64,000 bases of DNA, taken from positions 372,001 to 436,000 of the forward strand of contig CT868108.1 in the NCBI GenBank assembly GCA_000165425.1, read 5' to 3'. Of the stretch, positions 53,659 through 64,000 are shown piece by piece. This DNA comes from Paramecium tetraurelia (taxonomy: Eukaryota). The translations under genes were made by a program, and so were the position numbers. The notes below the pieces were generated by a model. That model ran no database searches. It saw nothing but the letters and a program-made list of their open reading frames with translations, and had not been told where the DNA came from. How positions within the stretch are numbered: the first letter of the stretch is position 1; each line of letters starts with the position of its first letter.

Positions 53659-55669
53659 TCATTTAAGTTTTGGTCTATGGGAGGTACTACCTCTTTAAGT
53701 AATTTATGAAGATAAAGTAAAGAGTGATAATTAAGATAACTAGGATTTAAGATGAGTGGAGGTGCTTGAAATTCTTTTCTGTAGTTATTGAGGGGGTCTT
53801 TATGATATTTCCCTATTGGTAGGACTGCTATGCTATAATTGTATTATTTTTTGAATCTAGTTATAATTAATATGATTAGCGTAGTTCCTATCCATTAAAG
53901 ACCTTTCTGAGAGGAGAGTTCTCAAAGTGGGGTGATTATCCTGATTCCTCAATGAGGGAGCCTTCTTTAAAAGAGTCTAAAAGCTTTTTCTCAATAGAGC
54001 CAATGTAGCAGCTGTTGGAGTAGTTCCAGTTAAAGATTTAGGTTACTTCGGGGTTTTCATACTTAATTGATTGTCAATATCCTATAGATTGAGTTGCAGA
54101 TGCTTTTTTGGCGAATTCTAAGTACTATGATGGCCACTATTAAAAAATTGATTATTGATTCTTGGAGAACTAGCAGATTTCAGAGATTATTTAACTGAAT
54201 TGCACTTCTTGAATTAATTTGGATTCACATTAGATTACTTTTCATTTAACACTAGTTTTTATTTTTTTTCCACTACCAAATCACTTGATGCTCTATTTTT
54301 TAAATTCTATTGTTTTGATTCTAACAAGAACTAATCCTAATATAAAGGGTTAATGTAATTGAAGAACTCAAACAAATCATCTTAAGGTTTCAAATCTCCA
54401 GTTTCATTTCTCTAATTAAATTCAGCAACATCCACCTTTAAGAATTCTCCATGAATATGAGTTTCATAGATATCGATCTCAATAGGCATTTCTATTTGTT
54501 TATTTTTTATAGATTCCCAATTTACATCACTTAACCATTAATACCTCTTTAAAACTTTGAAATCCTTTATACGTTTGCTTACATCCTTTTCCAATAGATC
54601 TATCAACAATTCAGTAACTTCTTCAGTAAGATCATCTGGTAACTCTAACTCCTCATTAATTATCTTCTAAAAGATCTCGTCAGTGTTTTAAGAGTAATGC
54701 GGTGGCAATCCCAAGAGCAACTCATGTAATAAGCAGCCTAATGTGTAGAAGTCTGCAGGATATGAGTATCCTTAACGACTAAAATAGTCAATACACTTAC
54801 CTGACTATTTCTGGAGGCATGTACTCAGGAGAACCACAGAAACTATGAGTTACATCTTCATTCATCAAGTCCAACTTGGATAGGCCGAAATCTGTCAATT
54901 AAATGTGACCTCGAATGTCAATCAAGATATTTTCTGGCTGTTATAATTAATTTTAATAATACCTTTAAATCTCGGTAGAGCACTTTACGCTTATGCAATT
55001 CTTCCAAAGTGCAAATCACTTCGCAAAAGTACTTCTTGGCTTCATCCTCTGTAAATCGATAATTTTAGAGATGGAAGAACATCTCTCCTCCTGGACTGTA
55101 TTCCATTAAGAAACACAAATGTTCTCGTGTGGCAAATGTTGCATATAATGGCACAATAAATGGACTTTAATTTAATACATTGGATAATATTTTCTTTTCT
55201 CTCAATACCTGTTCCAAACGTCTACAATCTGTAATGTAATGCTTTTTTATCATTTTCAGTGCATAGAGTCTCGCATTTCCTTTATGTCTTATCAAATATA
55301 CTTCTGACGTTCCTCCTTTGCCTATGCATTTCTCAAACACAAAGTCTTTCAAACTTAACTATCCTGTTTATTACTTATAAATCCCTATCAACCACTCATT
55401 CTACTTCAATTTATTCAAGGGAAATACACCTAATCATTATTATTTCTTACTCCTGTCTTCAGGTCTTGATAGAATATAATCAAGAGTCAAAGACCCAGAT
55501 ACAGTCTTTAATCCAATCAGTTAATTTGGATTTGGAGTCAAGGGATGTTCTTTAATCTATCTCTTTAATTCATTATTACTCTTTTGTAAAGATCACTCAA
55601 ATTGGCATTACTTGGCATCTCGATGAGAATTAATTTGTCTTGTAATTTTAGATTAATTGCCCTTGTCAT
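53659..55669 (-). CDS. AGC-family Ser/Thr kinase with long low-complexity C-tail
   Basis: [29 protein letters not shown] and SFCGSPEYMPPE. Confidence 0.92.
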
Positions 55670-55698
55670 TTTTATCAATTTAATTTTATTATATATAA

Positions 55699-56554
55699 TC
55701 ATTTAGATAGCCATTTCCTATGTTGCCTAGGAAAGTGATGCTGCTTCCAAATTTACACTTGCTCCTTCACATGTTTCTCATTCAGTCGTTCCATGAATCT
55801 GATTTCAGACATATCTTTGTTCATGAAAATATCCTTCACATCATTCTCCATCTCTTCATGCTCCATTATTTTAAGAGCTTCTATGTGCATAATCTGATTG
55901 TCTTTGAATTTGCAATAATTCATTTTTACCTACTCCTTCATCTTTTACTCCTCCTATTATTTTTTTTCATATCTTCTCTTCAACTGCAATAACTTCCCCT
56001 CCGCATTCACTATGGACATCAACTTATTTTCCCGGTCCGTGTCCTCAACCAATGAACTAAATTATGATTATTCAGTAGGAATGTGATGAAACTGTTTCAA
56101 CTTCTCTTTGGCTTCTAATTTCTTCAATTCATTCAGTAACTACCTCTTCCTCTTACTCATCAAATCTAACTATAATTTCTACTTAAATACTCTTGTCATC
56201 AAGAATCCTCTCCACATGCTTATCCAAACGTAAATTCAAATAGTCTTTCTACTTCTTGATCAGTAGATCTTCCCTTAAGTGATTTTCTAAATTCTATCTA
56301 TTCTTTGGCCCAAATAAAGAAAGATTGGCAACCTTAGATAGATTGAGAAGAGCTTAATCAGAAAGACTTTTTTAATAGAGGGGATTCTAAGTTTTATCAA
56401 TCTCCATAAAAAGAGCAGAACTACCAAAATTATTCTTTATTTCTGGGAATTAGGTTTTTAGCATAGTTCTATTAGATTTAACAGTTTTAGTCATATCTCT
56501 CTTCATTTCTGATCTCATTGTATCTCCTAATTCTGTAATCAATAGTCTATTCAT
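55699..56554 (-). CDS. hypothetical basic coiled-coil protein (tandem paralog A)
   Basis: MNRLLITELGDTMRSEMKRD...HFPRQHRKWLSK*. Confidence 0.6.
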
Positions 56555-56576
56555 TTAATATATAATATATAAATTA

Positions 56577-57342
56577 TCAATCAGTATTAATTTATTTATT
56601 GCAACAATTTTATTAGATTCTTATTCTCATTCGAGAGTTACTTTTAATTACTAATTCTTTTTTTGATATGTTAAATCCAGAGAAATTGATATCAAATCTA
56701 TTCGAGTTTTTTTCTTAACTTTATTCCAAACAACTAGCCAGTCTCTATCTCATCCTCAAATCTGCTTGATTTTGCCTTTGAAATCTCCTCTACAATTGTT
56801 CTAATTTGCCTTCAGCATTCACAATCGAGGGAACTTGAAGAATGGTTTACACCTTCTCATTGTCTTTAAACGCCAAGGTATAATTGGATTTACTTCTATC
56901 ACTTTGTTTTATTAACATTAATTGTTTCAACAACTAACTTTTTCGCTTTGTAAATTAATCTCAATCTTTTAGAAATATTGTAAATACCTTGATTATCCAC
57001 AATTTGATGTACTAATTTGTCTAAATTCCTATTTATATAGGAACTCTTTTTTGGTAGATTGAGATCCTACTATATGCAATTCTTCAACTGTTCAGTTTAA
57101 CCTTGCAGGGATAACTTGGCCATGTTATATAGTTTAGTTTAAGCAATAGACACGAGTTCTTATGGATATAAGAGAGGATTAATTGTATTTTATCTTTTTA
57201 ATTCAACAGTGGACTCACTAGCATTGGTTTTAAAGCGAAGGTATCTTTTGCTCGAAGAAAAATTCAAGTCATTTGAAGTACAATCTTCTTTGAGATCTTT
57301 ACGAATTGAATCTCCAATTTCTGTAATAATAATTCGATTCAT
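56577..57342 (-). CDS. hypothetical basic protein (tandem paralog B)
   Basis: MNRIIITEIGDSIRKDLKED..., sharing its N-terminal motif with the neighbour. Confidence 0.55.
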
Positions 57343-57555
57343 TCTTAAATTTAATAAATATATAAATAAGTTGGATTCCATATTTTGATTAATTACACTC
57401 TTTCCGAAAATAAATTGATTTTTTTTAGCCTTATAAATCATTTTGGTGGTAGCAAAAACAAGATTGAATGAGGTTAAGCACAAAAATTTAAAGATATAAT
57501 ATCATTTATAAAATTGTAAAAATATTATAAATATATATATGTAATTTATCATAAT

Positions 57556-59241
57556 TCAATGTCTTCCTGGCATTTACTCCTTCTTTGGTTCTAATTTAAT
57601 CATGTCATCAATTCTCAAGATAGTTATGGCAGCCTCTGTGGCAAATCTATGAAAGATAGTATTAATATTACTTTATTGCTTTCACTTTACTCACAGTTGG
57701 TTCAAGAATGCCATGCTTTAGATTATGTCTCACTTCTCCTTTGATTAGATCTAAGCCACTGTACTTAAATCCCTTTTCATCTATTTTGATTGATTGAGAT
57801 TTGCTATGTAAAACTCTTAACTTGCTGATTAATTCTATTGAATCCTTGGCTGCATTAGTAGCTAATATCTTTGGAATAGCAGTCAATGCTTCAGCGAACT
57901 CAGCAACAGCGATTTGTTCAACTGTATCCAGAGTTCTTGAGAAATCATCCAAATAAATGCTTAAAGCCATTTCAACAGCTCCACCACCAGCTACAACTGA
58001 ACCAGATTCCAAGGTTCTTTTAACAACACAAAATGAATCGTGCATTGATCTCTCTATTTCATCAGTCATCATTTCATTGGCTCCCCTGAGAATAATACTG
58101 GCTGATTATTCCTTTTTCATTCCCTTGAAAAATATATAATCATTGTCTCCTATAGCTTCTTCATACACTTCCTATTATTATAATACTACTATACTTCAGC
58201 TTCTCCTAGACTAGAAACATCAAATGACTCTCCTGTTTCTTCATTTGCAAAGGTAGTTATGATCTTTGCCCCTGTTGCTCTAGCAATCCTTCTTAAATGT
58301 TCTTTGGGAACTCTTCTCAATCCAATAGCTCCTGCTTCTACTAAATATTTATTAGCTAAATCGTCCATTCCCTTTGAAGTTAAGATTACATTGGCTCCTG
58401 CTGATAACAATAAATGAATTCTTTCTTTCAAAACATCCATTTCCTTCTTTCTAATTTTCTCTAAATTGTTAGGGTCATCAACCAAGATTTAAACACCCAT
58501 CTACATTTTGAATTTATTTAAATTGATATCTAAACATGCAACTTTGGCATTCTTTACTTTTGTTACCATTTGTTGTGAGGCTCTTTATGTTTAAAGAACA
58601 TATCCTCGAACCAATTCAGATTAATTAGAGGATTGTCCATGACTTTTAACAACATTTATAGATTGAATAGGATACTTAGGTTTTCCAGTTATGTAACCTT
58701 AAGTTTTGATAAGTCTAACAGCGTCGACGGCCAATTTAGCAAAGATGTGACTCTCGGAACCAATAATTTTACTATTCATCGAAGTCTTGGCAGCATTCAA
58801 TAGAATCTCAGTGTCATCCTCTGTGATTTTGTGCACTAGATGAGATTGAATATATTTGACTGCTTACCTAGCAGCTAATTTGTAACCGGATATAATAGTG
58901 GTAGGATGCACTTTAATTTTGATTAATTCATTAGCTCGCTTAAGCAATTCAGCAGCTAAAATAACAACTGATGTAGTGCCATCCCCAACTTCCTTATCTT
59001 ACAATTGACTCAATTCAACAATGACCTTGGCAGCAGGATGCTCAACTTCCAATTGTTTTAGGATAGTAGCTCCATCATTTGTGATTACAACATCCCCAAT
59101 TTCATCTACGAGCATCTTATCCAATCCTTATGGTCCAAGACTTGTTTTGACTACATTCGCAATGGCCATGACGGCAGTTACATTACTTGTACGAACATCT
59201 TAACCTTGATCTCTTTCACCACGAATACCCACAGCAGACAT
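57556..59241 (-). CDS. CCT1: T-complex protein 1 subunit alpha (CCT-alpha)
   Basis: [45 protein letters not shown] and [12 protein letters not shown]. Two introns, 546 codons. Confidence 0.96.
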
Positions 59242-60670
59242 TTTAATTAATTATATAATTATTTAAACATTTTAAACATACCTAATCAACCATTAATTTA
59301 TTTCTTTTATAGTGAATTTTTCTTCTTGAATTTCATTCTAAATAATTCTCAGTTCTTAAGAATTAAGAATATTCATCTATATTAAATTTTTATATCCTTG
59401 AAGGGTATAAGTCTGTTACAAATTTTCATATGTTTGCTCAAGTCAATCTTAGGATGATGATTAGATCAATAAGGTTTTTCGTTAAAGTCATCCTTTATTT
59501 AGTGATCATCCTAGAAGTAATTTGATTCCATATTTTATTTATTGACTCAACTATTACGAAATGTTCATAACTTCTTTTATAAATATATATTGTTCCATAA
59601 AGGATAGATATGCGTATTTTTAAATATTAGAACATTTTTTTAAATATGATGATTTTAATCTGAGACATATTATTTTAAATAATAACTTATTCATCTCTTA
59701 TGTGTATATTAATTGATACATTAACTAGTCTGCATTATCCGAACTTCATTTAAAATTTGAATTTGCATATTTTAAATTTAAAAAGGAATCTACACCTACT
59801 TGCGCTCCTATTTATAAACCTTACACCTATAAATCCTGAAAATGCAACCCAAAATTACAGTACATTAATCCTTTTTCTTATTGCATCTAAAAAATAAAAA
59901 AATGGTTGCCATTAATTTATGAAAAACAACACTTAAATTTTTTCTATATTAATCATTTGGAAGCTGGTTAAGATATGCAAATTTACTATTTTAATAAAAT
60001 CATCTCTTAGGTTAGGTGAGATTTAGTTTTAAGAAATTAATTTACTGTTTTTATACCTCTTATTGAAGGGATTCTGTCTATATATCATATCCCATCTATA
60101 GTTATTTGAATACTTAAATACAAGTGTCCTTGAATAACCAGGCATAATCACTAGATTTTTATTCTATAACTAAGCAATTGGATGCAATTTAGGTTAAATA
60201 TCCAATATATTAAAAACTCTTTTTGTATTCTTCTAATCACTACTCTAAATGTAAATTTTAATTTTCTTTCCAATACTTTTAGATAACTTTTTTACTATGG
60301 CTTGCTTTTAAGGTGTCTTTTTTGTTTCATTTAAGTGTTTTCGTTGTAAAAGTATACATTCAATTCAATTGATTCTAGAAGTTCAAAATTATATTTCCTA
60401 TCTTTTTTAAAGAGAATTAGTAAATTGTACTCCAAGGTGTTTTTTACCAGAACTTCTTGGAATTTTTTCTATTGAGAAACAGAATTTCTAAGAATTTTTT
60501 GGATCAATGTTCTCTTAAATTTTAAATAGTAGAATTTTTAATTTATCAATTATCATAATGATATAATAATCTGTATCAGACTTGTTCATTTACCTAAAAA
60601 ATATATCTAATTTAATTGAATTAAATTCATTTAAATGTTAGTTTAAAATAATTTTATTCTCATAAATGAT

Positions 60671-62588
<1,918 letters not shown>

Positions 62589-62927
62589 AAATTAAAATAA
62601 AACTTATTCAAATTATTTATAATATTCAAAGTAAATTCGGACTATCTCATAATACTTCCCAATGACAAACTGAAGTATTTTAAACAGTGATAGACTCTAA
62701 ATATTATATCCTTAACTAATAATATGGTTAAAAACTCTATTCTTAAGAATATATGATTAGTTTATCAATAAAACAACATTATAAATACTTAAATACAGAT
62801 TTACTTTAATAAAATGACATAAGGAAAATTTAAGTATTTGAATACTCAAAGGGTATTTCTAAATTTATCTTCACTTAGTGAATCAATTATAATTTGTTTT
62901 AATTAATTTTATAATAAACTTTAAAAT

Positions 62928-64000
62928 ATGCATTAGCAATAAATTGTATTGTCATATTTTGCATAATTGAGATTGTAAATTAGTGATGCATTGCATATCA
63001 ACGCTGAAAAATATTTCAAAAAGCAGGCGTCGGAATCAGAGTTAGTCTTAGTTTCAAGATTAACAGGAAAAATAAATAAAAGGAATACAGAATAATAAAG
63101 GACAATAGTCATCTCTAGTGAAAATATCTATAATATTGATAAGAAATCAATTAAAAGAAAGATTTCAATTCATAAAATATTTGGGGTGACAGTTTCTAGG
63201 TCAAGTTATGAATTTGTTTTACATGTCCCTTAGGAAAGTGATTATCGTTTCAAATCACAAGAATATAGAGATATCATTCTCTATTACTTATCTATTGTCC
63301 TTAAATTAAATAACAAAGATGGCCTAAGGCTCTACATGGTAGATAATGAAGAGTTGGATCAATTTTGTCTGCATGATGCAACAGCTGATTGCAAAAAATA
63401 AATTGCTCTTCATCCAAAAACAAAATTATTATTATTGTATCCTGAGAATTTTCAATTGTCATACATAAATTTGATGTTTGCATAAAATAAAAATCTCAAA
63501 AATTAAAGTATCAACATCCTATATGTTCATGATCCTCTAAATTTAAGGGTAAGATTAGAGGATTATTAAAAACTCGCTATTCTTGCTTAGGGTTCCTTTA
63601 GTAAAGTGCTCTTAATAAACTAAAAAATTGAGAAGCAAACACAATTCTTAGTTCTCAAAACTATTTAATCTTACAATATTGATATTAATATATTACAATT
63701 TCACTTGGAAAATTATACCTAATCTCAGTATATGGAGCAGTTAGAACTGTGCTTAAGATAGCAGGATTAAATTCATTTTTTTTTCAAATTTGTAAGAGGC
63801 GGAGACTTATTCTCTCATCTTTAAGAAGTAAATTATTTTTCAGAAATCGAAGCTAAATACATTATTGCATAAATAGCTCTAGGATTATCGTATCTACATG
63901 AAAGCGGAACGATATATGGAGATCTAAAACCAGAAAATGTATTGATCGATGAAAATGGATATGTTTAACTGACAGATTTTGGATTTGGCAGATTGAGAGT
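62928..64000 (+). CDS. PH-like domain + divergent AGC-like kinase (runs off the window end)
   Basis: N-terminal [16 protein letters not shown]...EFVLHVPQESDYRF. Kinase motifs [25 protein letters not shown] and TDFG. Confidence 0.85.

Overview
This is AT-rich, gene-dense eukaryotic DNA from a ciliate, most likely a Paramecium macronuclear chromosome (P. tetraurelia-like). TAA and TAG read as Gln, TGA is the only stop, and introns are tiny GT..AG introns of about 21-30 nt. The supplied standard-code ORF track therefore fragments most real genes, and I re-translated the window by hand with the ciliate code. About 40 genes are supportable. They include four ribosomal proteins (RPL35, RPS14, RPL19, RPLP1), three AGC-type kinases, a Mei2-like RRM protein, a cNMP-binding protein, mitochondrial Pet127, a TTLL glutamylase, a Myb factor and LRRC9. 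Also present are a frameshifted membrane-anchored bZIP, a BRCT Pol X, an OSBP, acyl-CoA oxidase, an FPL/CLEC16A-like protein, a short Dicer-like RNase III, an aspartyl protease, CCT-alpha and alkyl-DHAP synthase. The most interesting object is a small gene fusing a histone-H1-like Lys-rich tail to a stand-alone PARP1 PADR1 (Zn3) zinc domain. It lies immediately upstream of the Dicer-like gene and about 9 kb from Pol X. No rRNA, tRNA, CRISPR array, telomere or recognisable transposon was seen. Coordinates come from manual reading, and the ends of hypothetical genes may be off by an exon.
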